Assembly: GCA_951406725.2 (NCBI GenBank)
Contig: OX597814.1
Span: 223,448,001-223,512,000 of the forward strand
Length of the DNA: 64,000 nt
Direction of reading: 5' to 3'
Source: Octopus vulgaris
Lineage: Eukaryota
The notes below the pieces were generated by a model. It was not told the origin of the DNA. It made no database searches and worked only from the letters and a program-made list of their open reading frames with translations. Both the position numbers and the translations under genes were made by a program. Each line of letters begins with the position of its first letter. Within the stretch, counting starts at the first letter, position 1. Below, in pieces: positions 1 through 12,826 of this stretch.

Positions 1-92
1 CTATTTGAGAAGAACAAACTTTTTCACAATTGTGCAGTTCTTCACACGGCTTATAAAAACGTATAGTAAGTGTTTGTATAAACTAATCAACA

Positions 93-97
93 ATACA

Positions 98-186
<89 letters not shown>

Positions 187-271
187 ATAAAATATGATAT
201 ATATATATATATATAATTCCCTAATATTATTATTATATATATATGTGTATATATACATATATATATATATG

Positions 272-327
<56 letters not shown>

Positions 328-361
328 CATGTGTGTGTGTGTGTCTATATATATATATATG
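93..361. repeat. (TACA)n/(TA)n compound microsatellite
   Basis: Direct reading; source of the YI/IY-repeat ORFs at 1-391. Confidence 0.95.
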
Positions 362-1230
362 TGTAATATTGTTTACAAAATTCTAACTTGACATGGGCAG
401 AACCGGCAATTCGTATATTAGATGTTACAAAAAAGTATTTAAAAATCAAAGATGTATGGTAGTTAGGAATTCTTAAATGCGATTCAACGTTCGCAGTGTG
501 AACTCTTATGTCATCAATGCATTATCTCTCGGTAGTTTTTGTGAACTTTTGAATGTCAGTGGTGTGCATCATTACTTGTATTTTTTACTGACGTCTCTGC
601 ACTTTCACTATTTAAGAGGTGGGTCATGTGTTACAAGTAACGTGGCTTTCTTTGGCTTTGAAAATTATTGCTCTTCGAGTCATAATATGTGTAATTATTT
701 TTCTATAAATATAATTTACAACGAGCTTCATGAAGTTATGTAGCCAAATATGATATATGATGATTCGTCTTAACCAGAAATTTCTTTACTACAAAATAGT
801 TCAATTCCCAGTTATTTAATATACATTGCTGTTGTTGCTATTGTTGTTGTCGTTGTCGTCGTTGCTGTTTGTTAACTGTTATTGCTTAGTCTCTGATTGG
901 CCCTGCTTAAGAAGACCTGTGTTCAACCACATTCTAGCAATAAAAATCTTTTCTATTTTTTCAGCTATCATGTATCGTAAACACAATACTACGATGAAAT
1001 TTTAGTTTAAAGTCAGTAGTCTATATTTTCAGGGATACTTGGAGGTTGTTGGAGGTCAGCTGTCCTAGTAGACTTATTTTGTCGGCTCTAATATAATTCT
1101 TATTAACAATCAACGGTAAAGCACGCTTTATAATTAGGCAGTTGAATATATTTGTACTTCAAGAATAATCAAGGAACTACAGTACTACCTCGGTTTTCGA
1201 ACATCTCTGATCACGAATAAATCGTGCTTC

Positions 1231-1328
<98 letters not shown>

Positions 1329-1329
1329 G

Positions 1330-1460
1330 TATTATATAAAATTCGTTCTGTCTGTCTGTCTGTGTGTCTTCAGGATCTCGGGCATCCTCCATCCGATTGC
1401 GCTCAAATTTGATATATAGATACCGACGGTATCAGCGCGTGTATAATTCTTGAAACGATT
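1330..1460 (+). mobile_element. Possible 5' remnant of a non-autonomous Helitron/Helentron-type element
   Basis: TATTATATAAAATTCG followed by (TCTG)n and CCGATTGCGCTCAAATTTG, a layout typical of HINE/Helitron-N 5' ends. No 3' end identified. Confidence 0.35.
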
Positions 1461-1599
1461 CATTACCTGTCAAAGACCGCAGAATAGTGTAGTAGAAGTG
1501 ATAATGTTGTTTTGAGTCTTGGTAACGTATTGTTGTAAGCTACGAAATTCTTACATTCTCTCGATTTCTTTTAATTCATGGTCTCATAGTCTGAACAGA

Positions 1600-2420
1600 C
1601 AAAATGGAAAACCCGTTACCCTGGAGGATGTCGAGGGCGATGCCCTGGAATATTCATTGTGACTCACGGGGTTCGCACTTGCGGGCAGCCATCACTGCTG
1701 CGATAGCGGTGAGCAGAGTTAAATACTAGGGGCCAAGAACGCCGGAGGCTCGATCATAAACCTGTCAGAGAGCGACCGATACCATGACAGTTTGCTTTTT
1801 TCAGTTTGACAAGCAGCGGAGCCTCGGCTAGTAGCTGAAGACACCAAACTGTCGCTGGTGAAGGCGTCACAGCATGAGTCATCGCAGATGATTAGCCACC
1901 TGTCACTGAACGGGAAATTTGTCATACCGTCAGGCCTTTTATCGTCCCCTCCATCTAACCCTCGACCTGGGAAAGGAAGTCTGCCGCATCCAGGCCATGC
2001 ATTAGGATTTCGTTAACGGCATCATAGCGTGGTAGACAGCCAGCACTATAATGGCATGACGATGGGTGGATCCCAAAAGGATTCACAGTATGTCCTTAGC
2101 GGCATTGTGAGGATAACGAACCTGGAGGCAAACTTTCAGGGAAACACCGATCCGTAGACAGTTGCTTTCAAGCTGAGTGCTAGTTGCGTGTGATGGCACC
2201 ACATTGAGGCAGGCTCCGCTGTGAGCCTCAACGCTTGAACAGAAATATGCCAGGCAGTACTGGTCATGACGGCGCATTAACTCGTCTGAGATCATGCTAC
2301 ATTCGACGCCCTCTCATTTCTTTTGAAAGGAGCTGGACGCCCACTGAGCGGATAGGGAAATGAAGCCAGCAGGACACAGACCAAGCTTAATCCATGTCGC
2401 GTAGCCCGCCTCACGCCCCT
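1600..2420 (-). mobile_element. Degenerate CRE-clade non-LTR retrotransposon, C-terminal region (post-RT, Zn-knuckle, restriction-like endonuclease)
   Basis: Minus-strand peptides SGACLNVVPSHATSTQLESNCLRIGVSL, KRPDGMTNFPFS...DSCCDAFTS...EKSKLSWYRSL and IALDILQGN match the CRE RLE pattern (SGAWL..., RPDG, WD.T..D, E..K..KY, QRGN). Frameshifted. Confidence 0.7.
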
Positions 2421-2756
2421 CGATCACAGTAGGTAAAGTTGTGTTGTGAGAAACCCTATGAACTCTATAGAGTGAACGAACATTCAACAACTGAGTTAAG
2501 AGACCAATAATCTTTAGACATCTCTCGAGAAGAGCAACATTCGAAAATATCAACCACCTCATTGCGAAGGCAGAGATTCTCCTCTTGTTTGTTTCTGGAA
2601 AACTTTTCTTTGTAGGTGAGAGTTTTTGAGTTGTTGTGTAATCAATTACTGACTGTAAATTTCGGCTCGGGTTGCAGCCAGTGATCGTCTTCAACATCTA
2701 GGACGGGAAAATTTATTAGTGATGTTCATATTTGTCTACCAATTTGACAACATCAA

Positions 2757-3042
2757 TGTATGTATGTATGTAAGTAAGTATGTATGTATGTATGTATGTA
2801 TGTATGTATGTATGTATGTATGTATGTATGTATGTATGTATGTATGTATGTATGTATGTATGTATGTATGTATGTATGTATGTATGTATGTATGTATGTA
2901 TGTATGCATGTATGTATGTATGCATGTATGTATGTATGTACGTACGTACGTACGTACGTATGTATGAATGTTTGTATGTATGTATGTATGTATGTATGTA
3001 TGTATGTATGTATGTATGTATGTATGTATGTATGTATGTATG
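2757..3042. repeat. Long (TATG)n microsatellite
   Basis: Direct reading. Confidence 0.95.
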
Positions 3043-4960
3043 TGCAGATTTGTATGTTTTATGTATGTATTCTCATGCATATAGTTGCATATCCAGGCAT
3101 ACTCATATATATTTAAATGATAAACTTCTTGAAAGTTTTGTAGATGTTTACAGTTCCAATGAAGGATTGGATCTGTAGTCTTCGAATTAGCTTTCACCTT
3201 TCTGGTTTCGAGAAGCCTAACTTCTCAAGATTGGTATTTAGACAGTGTGTTACATACCAGGGCACATGAACTTGTAATCTGGATAGAGTAACTGCAGATT
3301 TCTCAATATTTCAGCATAGGTGTTCTCTTTTTCACTGATCTTCAGCTTTATGTTAACATCCGCTGGGCAGCTAAATTCCACAGCTGTGGGCAGTTTCTCT
3401 TCTCTATCCCACATCATTATATCAGGTCTGCTGTGCTTACATTTTATTGAGGTCTTCACAAGTACATTCCACCAGTGTTTCTTTTTATATGAGTGGTTAT
3501 GGCTGCTACCATATTGTGGGTTCTTATTTCTTTGTCTTCGGGATTATCCTTCCGACGGATTTCATTATAGAGTGTCCTAGTTACGTCATGTCTCATCGGT
3601 AGATAATACTGCGATAACATTTTTGGACACCTGCTTATGAAGTGGCTGACATCTTCAGTGTGAAATCCACAAAGTCTGCATCGGTTGTCACACTTTACGA
3701 CTTTACCTGCATCTCTATCCCTTTTGTGCATCAGGTACTTGGTTGATATTTCCTCTTTCTGGATTTCAAACGCATATCCTTCAAAGTGGGAGGTAGTAAT
3801 CTGGCTATGGGACCATGATTTGATGATAAATGTCACTATCATCACGAAGCTTTCTAGTAACGTATCGATGCATAGTCTTCTGCTCATATAGGCTCATCGT
3901 TTCCTCTGATGATACGTTGCGGTAGAGTCGTGCGACTTCTTTGGGCATGTATTCTCGGTTATCAGACAAAGAGTGTTGCTTAAGGATCTGCCTTCCAGAT
4001 CTTATGATGTTATCAGCCTCATGTATGCAAACTTGGTCAAGGGATGCACTTCGACACTAAGTGGTTAAAAGATGATGCTGAAAAGGTATGATACGACATT
4101 CAAATGCATTTTGGGTCGAACTCATACCTCTTCCGTCTTGTTTCCGTTTTAGGTAGAGACGGTCTACATCACTGTTTATGTGGAAATTATGTATGCTTGT
4201 TAGTATTTTTCGGGTTTTCACATCAGTGACTTGGATCTCATCAACCGTCCAATCAAGCAGCCTAAATTTTGGTATGAGTACTGGCACTGCAAACACATTG
4301 GAATCCACTGTTTTATTGAATCCAGGGAGTTCTGAAGTCCAAATTTTCTTTAATTGGGTGAAATATTTTCTAGTGACACGTGTTTTGTTGCAGGTGGCAC
4401 TGTAAGATATATTTTCATCCACCCATAGCTACCTGTAACATTCCTGGTCAGATACAGGGAAACAGTCAAATCATTAATGAAGATGTTATTTGTCTGGTTA
4501 ATAATTTTCTCCCTTTTCATAACCATATAACAGCATTTATCCTGACCACACTCCAATCCTACATCATTTGAGAATGTTGGAAGTAGGTCAAGGCTCTTTT
4601 TCGTCTCATGCACATTGTTTGCGTAAAGTTTTAAGTCATCCACAAAGAAGCAGTGTGTTATGTTGGTACTTCTGTTTCCTTGTGGACCAGTGAAATATCC
4701 TTCAGAATTCCTTAACATGAATGACAAGGGGTTTACAGAAAGTATAAACAATATTACAGGGATGCTATCTTCTTGGAATATGCCTTTGCGATATTGTATT
4801 CTATCGGTGATAATACATTCACTCTTTGTGTTTGATTTCAAGATGGTGGCCCACGATGAAGTCCGCTCAGCTACGGTTTTGACTATTCTCACTGGAACTT
4901 TAGCAAGTTGAAGGGCTTCTAGTAACCATGAGTGAGGAACAGAGTCAACAGCTTTCTTGT
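3042..4960 (-). mobile_element. 5'-truncated R4/Dong-like (RLE) non-LTR retrotransposon; RT, CCHC finger and RLE pseudogene
   Basis: ORFs 4350-5102, 4057-4422, 3456-3887 and 3250-3459 give KKAVDSVPHSWLL, KGIFQEDS, THCFFVDDLKLYA, DVDRLYLKRKQDGRG, CRLCGFHTEDVSHFISRC...RHD and RPDIMMWD...EFSCPAD...KENTY. Stop near 3113, then a short 3' UTR. Several frameshifts. Confidence 0.85.
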
Positions 4961-5692
4961 ATGTATATAGGTATGTACATAAGCATGTATGTACGTAAGT
5001 ACATATGTATGTATGTATGTGTGTATGTATGTATGTATGAATGTGTGTATGTATGTATTTATGTATGTTTGTAGGTAGGCAGGTAAGCAGGTAGATTATC
5101 ATATCTGTATGAATATATGCACACGCGTATGTATGTATTTATCTAAGTGTGTATGTATGCTTGCATATGCGTATGCACGTATGTGTATGTGTATGTTAGT
5201 GTGAGTGCACGGCAGAGTGTTTATAGCATTGTAATCAAGGTCGTAAATATAAGCCTTTCGAAAAACTTACCCGCAACCGTGAATAAAGCGGACGGACTTA
5301 TAACAATGTAAGCAAAGAATCACTTTCATATATATGTGTGTATCTCAATTAATTTCCGTATGTGTGTGTGTGGGAGGGCACGTATGTGTGCATGTGTACG
5401 TGCTTGTCTGTGTAAGTGTGTGTGTGTGAGTGTGTGTGTGTGTGTGCGCGCGCGCGTGCATGGGGCACGTGTGTATGTGTATTCAGTTAAAATGTGAAAT
5501 ATCACAAGCTTAAAAATATTAACAGAATATGAGGCCGATAACTAGCGTATAGTCAGATATACCAAATACATTTATTGTCTGTAACTTCGAGGTTTCTCCG
5601 ATTGTATGGCGTATACAAGCTAAGAATCAATTCGGCAAAACTTCGAAGTCACATCAAAATAGCAGATATGTATGCGAGTGTGTATTTCTATA

Positions 5693-6097
5693 GGCGCAGG
5701 AGTGGCTGTGTGGTAAGTAGCTTGCTTACCAACCACATGGTTCCGGGTTCAGTTCCACTGCGTGGCACCTTGGGCAAGTGTCTTCTGCTATAGCCTTGGG
5801 CCGACCAAAGCCTTGTGAGTGGATTTGGTAGACGGAAACTGAAAGAAGCCCGTCGTATATATGTATATATATATGCGTGTGTGTGTTTGTGTGTCCGTGT
5901 TTGTCCCCCTAGCATTGCTTGACAACCGATGCTGGTGTGTTTATGTCCCCGTTACTTAGCGGTTCGGCAAAAGAAACCGATAGAATGAGTACTGGGCTTA
6001 CAAAAGAATAAGTCCCGGGGTCGAGTTGCTCGATTAAAGGCGGTGCTCCAGCATGGCTGCAGTCAAATGACTAAAACAAGTAAAAGAGTAAAAGAGT
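5693..6097 (+). mobile_element. Full-length tRNA-derived SINE (family A)
   Basis: A-box-like TGGCTGTGTGG, B-box-like GGTTCAGTTCC, internal (TA)/(TG) tract and AAAAGAGT-repeat tail. Highly similar copy at 53201-53625 on the minus strand. Confidence 0.85.
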
Positions 6098-6189
6098 ATA
6101 CATACATATACTAGATTGAGCACCTAAATGCGAAGTATTGTGGAATATATATACATACATACATACACACACACATATATATATACAGG

Positions 6190-6810
6190 TTGAAAATATG
6201 TGGAAAACAGATAAAAAGTGAAAGTGAAATGATTTCATTTCACATAGTTTAATATCTTTTTATAAAGACATTTTTAAAGATATATACATATTTTATGGAT
6301 GTTGTGATATCCAACCGGTTTTCACAATTTAAATTAGCTTTTCAAGGGACATTGTGAAGTAATCAATTCTTGTGACAAATAAGAATGAGTCTAGAGAGTG
6401 GACCAAGGGACGCAATAGGTGACAAGGGGGACAACTAACTCTTTGGTATAATTTTTGAAGTGGTCAAGTTTGTAAATTAAGGTGTGGTCTTTGCATTGGT
6501 ATTATGAAAAGATAAGGAAATTCGGCGTTTTATTTCTTGCGCATCTGTCGATATATTCGCTCTGGGTTATCTGCCTGTATTGGGGAAAATGAATCTGTTC
6601 TTTATGCAGCGTGACTCTGCGTCTCAAAGTTACGTTCGTTTAGCCCACATAATTGTGGCCACAACCTGAACAGGTTCGGACATATTAAAGGTTCTGGGAA
6701 GTACATGTGAAGTTGATCTTAATCCTTGCAGGGTTGTGAATGCCGAGCCTTCAGTTAGGCAAGAATATGTACCACAATTAGGTTATCTGCATTTTTTAAC
6801 TGTTGGTATC
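6190..6810 (-). mobile_element. Penelope-like element 3' fragment (GIY-YIG endonuclease and downstream region)
   Basis: Minus-strand translation: PTVKKCR*PNCGT...FTCTSQN.IYVRTCSGCGHNYVG*TNVTLRRRVTLHKEQI. A degenerate hammerhead-like motif lies downstream at 6307-6352. Confidence 0.7.
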
Positions 6811-6899
6811 GTATGTATTGAACATCCTAAACGCACTAAAATAAATATCCCGTTCACTCTAGCAAAAAGGATCTGGTAAAAAAGTATCTAACACAACCA

Positions 6900-7699
6900 C
6901 TCAGGAACTTCGCCAACAAGACCTCAAAATAACACTCATTGAACGTCAATACCCACCTGCACTTATAAACCATGGAGAACTTCTATAAGATCCAGAAGAT
7001 AGTGTGTATCACATCCCATATGGCAATATGACTGCCTCCCTTGAATAACTGAAGAGCAAGGTATTTCCAAACATTGCCACAAACTATAACAATCACAAGT
7101 GGCTAAGTGAAAGAACAATACTGGCACCATGGAATGATGCTGTAGACAATCTGAATCTAAATTTGTTGTCTCAGCATCCAGGACCTGAATGCTCATACAG
7201 ATCTACTGACTGTTCCTGGTCAAAAACAGGCAACGCATTACCCAGTGGAGTTCCTCAATTCACTTCACCAACCAGGATTTTCTCCACACATTCTGATCGT
7301 GAAAACAGGTGTTCCCATAATGCTATTAAGAAACCTTGATGCGCCCAGACTCTGCAATGGAACAAGATTGGTTGTTAAACCAGCCATGCTCCATGTGTTG
7401 GAAGCATCAATAATTACAGGCAACATTACGGGTGAGAATGTATTCATTCCAAGGATACTTCTCATCTCAAATGATCTCCCTTTCAGTTCAAGAGAGTGAA
7501 GTTTCCTGTCCAACTTGCAATGTCTATCAACAAAGCACAAGGTCAATCTCTAGAGGTGGTGGGACTTAACCTCCTTCAACCTTGCTTCTCACATGGTCAG
7601 CTGTATGTTGTATGTTCTAGAGTTTAAAAGAACCTCTACATTCTCAGTGATAGACATGGCAAGACAGAAAACACAGTATATGAAGAAGCACTTACCTGA
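6900..7699 (+). mobile_element. Helitron RepHel C-terminal PIF1-like helicase fragment (pseudogene)
   Basis: WLSERTILAPWNDAV; EFLNSLHQPGFSPHILIVKTGVPIMLLRNLDAPRLCNGTRL; VFIPRI; [36 protein letters not shown]. Contains stops and frameshifts. Confidence 0.85.
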
Positions 7700-7840
7700 A
7701 TAGTAGGTCCATATCATATACAGAAGTGTAAAATTATTGAGTGTTAAAGTATTACTATTACACTTTCACTTTTCGACTGACATGTGTGAATGTATATCTG
7801 TGTGTATAAAAGTGAAACAATAATGTGATATATTCACTGT

Positions 7841-7885
<45 letters not shown>

Positions 7886-8711
7886 CTACGCAGAGCTTTT
7901 CATTGTTTATAATCTGTACCTGTTTTTTGTTTACGAAAAAGTTACACAAACGTGTATATACTTTATATACCTATATGAGTTGAAATCTTTCTTTTCACAT
8001 TTCACTTAACGTCTATGTCCCATGCCAGCAAGGATTGCAGAGTTATGTAGAAAGTGGCTACTAGCAGTTGAGACCTGTGTAATCTAGACGGCGTTTATAA
8101 ATTTTATCATTTTCGTTGACCCAGGCAACACCCGATATTTCTTCTTACCTCTTCTCCCACTATCTTATCCTATTACTCTGTCACTCTTTCTTCCTCATTC
8201 CTCCTCCCTTGCTCATGTGGCTCCCACGTGACCATTGGCCATCTTTCTTTCTCTCCGTTGTATCTGGTACAAATAAGACGTGTTCTGGTTTGTCTCCTGT
8301 CCTAGCTTGATGTACGCATTTGCCACCACAACCTCGTTTAGGCTTAGCAGCCCTTCTTGTTTTTTTTACCAATTGTGACCCTCCACAAATTCCCAAATTT
8401 GATTTAATATGCTTTGCAGGAGCAACTTTTTATCGAAAGCGTATATTGTTGTTAATTGATCGAAATACGAGATTAGAAAAAAACAGCCAACAACAGTTGA
8501 AGAGACGTTCTTTACAGTGTTTGTTTTGTTTTCCATTTGTGTCTTTCGTTGTTCGAAAGAATAGTTCATGTTCCATGTACTCGTCCTTCATAATTTTTTG
8601 TTGTATACATTTCGTGACGTGCTGTGCTTACATATGCATATATATATATATATATATATATATCTCAACACATATAGATGTAAGTACGTACATATACGTA
8701 TGCATATATGT

Positions 8712-8788
<77 letters not shown>

Positions 8789-8913
8789 CAATAAGAGGCT
8801 CCCAAAATAGGAAAGCCTTGTGCCAGAAAGAGCAGTAGAAAACTCAAAACCACCAAAAAAGGATCAATTTTCGAAAGGAATGAAAATTAATAATGTTTAC
8901 CATCTCAATTATT

Positions 8914-8982
8914 TCCCAGACCATGGATTCTAACTATTTCCCGCAAAAAAACATTTGCTGAAGGCCAGTTTCATCAGTGGGA
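8914..8982 (-). ncRNA. Type I hammerhead-ribozyme-like motif, near-canonical
   Basis: Minus strand: UCCCA-CUGAUGA-stem II (AACU...AGUU)-A-GAAU-CCAUGG-UC-UGGGA. GAAA is mutated to GAAU. Confidence 0.5.
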
Positions 8983-9090
8983 CAGCCTCTTATTGTATTT
9001 CTATGTGAATAATATATAGTCTAATGTCTAATTCGTTTTTGTGCTAGACCACTGGTAATAGTAATTTCTTATCACCCTATTGTTATTTAT

Positions 9091-9135
<45 letters not shown>

Positions 9136-9209
9136 GAAAAAAGGTGTTCAGAATGCTGGATGGTTGTAAAAATATATATATATTTATTACATATCACATA
9201 TTATTTCTT

Positions 9210-9252
9210 CATATTAGCGCTTTCAACTACTCCTGTAGCTTCATCAGAAATG
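9210..9252 (-). ncRNA. Minimal type I hammerhead ribozyme, intact core
   Basis: Minus strand: CAUUU-CUGAUGA-AGCUAC[AGGA]GUAGUU-GAAA-GCGC-UA-AUAUG. Palindromic stem III AGCGCU; one mismatch in stem I. Confidence 0.7.
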
Positions 9253-10114
9253 TCAGTTTGTAAAGTTTTGCCTGTATTTATATTATTGGTAAACGAAGTG
9301 GGGAGACAGAGAGAGAGAGGGAGTGATAGGGAGAAAGAGGGATGGAGAAGGTGAAAGAGAGAGAATATGGGTGTGTGTGTGTTTTAAAACTGTGTATTTT
9401 TCTCTTTTTGGGGGGTTTTTTGTATTGTTTGGATGAGCCTTGTAAGAAATGGAAAGAGAGAAGGAAAAAGAGGGTTTGAGAGGGTTTGTTTTTCAATAGT
9501 AAGAGTGTTGCTATGTACACCCAACGTATATCCTTACATATAAACATATATATATATATATATCCACATACACTCACATATATATACACATATGGAGGAA
9601 CCTATTGTGTGTGTACATTTTCATAAACATTCATACATACATGTACTGTGTGTTCTTGTAAATGAGAAATAAAGAACGGGAAAACAATAAAATATAAAAC
9701 TAAAAATATAAAGAAAATATTGTGTCTATTCTTTACCTGGCACTCCCTCGGGTTTCTAAAAGAACAGGTGTTTGACCATTCAATGTTTGATATACATATA
9801 TATACACCTAAACACATATCAATATGTGTACATGCATACACACACATACATACACACACACATATATATACATACACACACATACATATACAAATATACA
9901 TGCACACACATACATACATGTACACACGCATACACACACACACATGTGAACATATATATGTACGCACAAATATATACACATGCATACCCACATATAGAAC
10001 CACACATACATGGATACACATACATATACTTGCATACATACATATATACACAACCACATATATCAACATATATATATATAAAATATATATAAAAATATAC
10101 AAAATTGTCTGTAC

Positions 10115-10146
<32 letters not shown>

Positions 10147-10367
10147 CACGTTATGCATATAAGCATGTATAATCACAAGCATACATAATCATAAGTTTAA
10201 GATTCATAACTGTATATATAAAAAAAAGAAAAGGGAGAATTCTTTCATTTGTATATAAAGATATAGAATGAGGTTTTTTTTCTTTTTTGTGTGTATCACA
10301 TATTTTAACAGATCATATTTTTTCTTTATCATCATCATTGTTTGATTTTTTTACTACTTTTACTTTT

Positions 10368-11875
10368 TTAGCCGTTCAATTTTGGGCTAAATTTTTCTAT
10401 AAAGTGCAGTTCCATAGCTTTACTGTATTCCGGGTCATTCCGTGCGCATTTGTAGAGTGGAATAATTTTAAATTTTCCATTTCTGCATAATTTTAGGTAT
10501 TTGCTTAATGGTATCTTGCGTAACTCTTCCTGTTTTATATGTTGTCTATGTATTCTGGCGCGTTGGCAGAAGGAGTTGTTCGTTTCGCCAATATAGTTTT
10601 CCTTGCAGTTTAGGCAAGTAATGCAATATATGAGGTCTTGCGTTTTGCAAGTCATATTAGCATTAATCTTAAAGAGAGGGCCATTTTTGAATTTTAAGTA
10701 GGAACTACATTATAGGTATTTGTAATTATTGTCATTGTTGCATGTTCCGCATCTTTTGTCTCCACATTCTGTTACTGAGAATTCTGGTCCCTTCTCCGAT
10801 CTGAATTCTACCCTTGTAAGGTGCTTTTTAAGGTTCTTTGGTTGGCGTTTGCTGTTGAGTAAGATTTTTGTGTGCATCAGGTTCCTCCTTTTAGGGCTTT
10901 GTAGAAGGATGAGTAAGTTTGATCTTACGTCCTGGAAAATATTTGTTATGCCAGGACTGTGTGTGGAGACGAATGGTATTGTTTGTTTATTGTTTTTTCT
11001 TTTGGTGTTCTTAATTTGGTGATGTTGAGTTTCAATGCCTTTTTAAAACCTTCCATTATCAAACCTGAAGGGTATTTTTGTATTTCGAGGAAGTCCTGGA
11101 GTTCGTCGAGTCTAGTGTTTCGTGATGCAGTGTCTCTTACTATAGTGCATATGCGTCTTGCCATGCAGTAGGGTATATTTCTTTTAATGTGTGATGGGTG
11201 GCAAGAGTCAAAGTTGAGATAGTGATGTGTGTCTGTTTTTATTTTTGTAATAAATGTCTGTAGTTACTCTGCAGTTTTTTTATTTTTATGAGAATGTCCA
11301 GGAATGGTAATGCCTTAAAGTTGGATTCTGTAGTAAATTGTATGGATGGGTGCAATTTGTTCAATATCTCTTTAAAGGTGTTTAGGTCTGTGTCTGATTT
11401 TTCCCAAAAGATGAAGCAATCATCAAGAAATCGTTTCCATTGTTTCATAATGTATATCTTGAATTCCTGGTCAAAGGTTTTTTCTACTTCTTTGAAGAGT
11501 TTTTCCTCCAGGAACCCCATGACCAGGTTAGCATGTGAAGGTGCAAAGCGTGTACTCATAACTGTGCCCTTTATTTGTTTATATGTTTTGTGGTTAAATT
11601 TAAATGTGTTTTCCTCCAGAACTATGCGTGTGGCTTTGGTGATGAGATCCGTCTTAAAACGTTCATCTATTTTATCTCTATGCCTTGTCACCCAGTATTC
11701 CACTGCTTCCAGACCTAGAGTGTGGGGAATGTTGGTGTATAGGTTGGTGACATCGAAACTTGTGAGTTTCTGGGACTGTGTCCGGGATATGTTGTAGGAA
11801 ATCGATGCCATCTCTTGCATAGCTTGGTAGGAGGGGGCATAGAAGTTTAAGTATGATGTCCAAAAAGTGGCTAAG
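10368..11875 (-). mobile_element. Penelope-like element, RT + GIY-YIG pseudogene
   Basis: SFDVTNLYTNIP, YKQIKGTVMSTRFAPSHANLVMG, WKRFLDDCFIFW, LPFLDILI, SCHPSHIKRNIPYCMARRI, CKTQDLIYCITCLNCKENYIGETNNSFCQRARIH. Frameshifted and 5'-truncated. Confidence 0.9.
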
Positions 11876-11884
11876 TTGTTAGCT

Positions 11885-11936
<52 letters not shown>

Positions 11937-11944
11937 TATATACA

Positions 11945-12085
11945 CTTCGGACTTCTTTCAGTTTCCGTCAACGAAATCCACTGATGTTGCAGAAGACACT
12001 TGCCCAAGTTATCACGCAGTGTTATCGAGCGCAGAATCATGTGGTTGGAATGTATGCTTCTTATCACAGAACCACGCAGGTGCCT
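11945..12085 (-). mobile_element. Partial SINE family A (5' half)
   Basis: CTTCTTTCAGTTTCCGTC...AGAAGACACTTGCCCAAG, homologous to 5693-5855. Confidence 0.7.
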
Positions 12086-12539
12086 ATATATATATATGTA
12101 TATATATATGTATACATAGAAACATACACACACAATCACACACACACACATCCACACCCATTTATATATATATATATAGATAGATAGATATATATTCAAT
12201 AAAGAATTAATGGCAGTGCTAGCGTTGTCGACCGCAGCACCTTAATGTATGTACTTTGGTTTCTCGCCGATTCGCTGTAGCATAGCGCCCGGGAGTTGAC
12301 ACCTTCCTTTCTCTGGTTGTTAAAATCCTATCCAATTTTTGTCACTTATCAGCTTCACGCGCGTTAATCGAACCGGAGTCGCACTGGATTGCTACTCTTT
12401 CGTAACGTATAAATAGTGTAAAAGTGATTTACTGGTATGGGATCGAAGTCTAGGTGCCTCGACACTTTCATGTGTTTTAACAATGAAAGGGTCGTCCCCT
12501 GGAAATTGAAGTGCGGCCGATAATGTATATATGTATATG

Positions 12540-12604
<65 letters not shown>

Positions 12605-12652
12605 CTAGTTTCATTCAAATATATATATATATATTTATACGTGTGTGTGTGT

Positions 12653-12751
12653 GTGTGTGCGTATGTGCGAATGTGTGTGTTTCGCTCGTTACATATTCAA
12701 ATACAAAGGTGCATAAACAAAATTCTTTGGATATTGACCATTATCTATCTG

Positions 12752-12826
<75 letters not shown>

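Noticed and set aside
5693-5765. tRNA-like sequences at SINE heads (also 29781, 36333, 53625, 54080)
   Set aside because: A/B boxes are present but I see no complete cloverleaf, and they are contiguous with SINE bodies; not called as tRNA genes.
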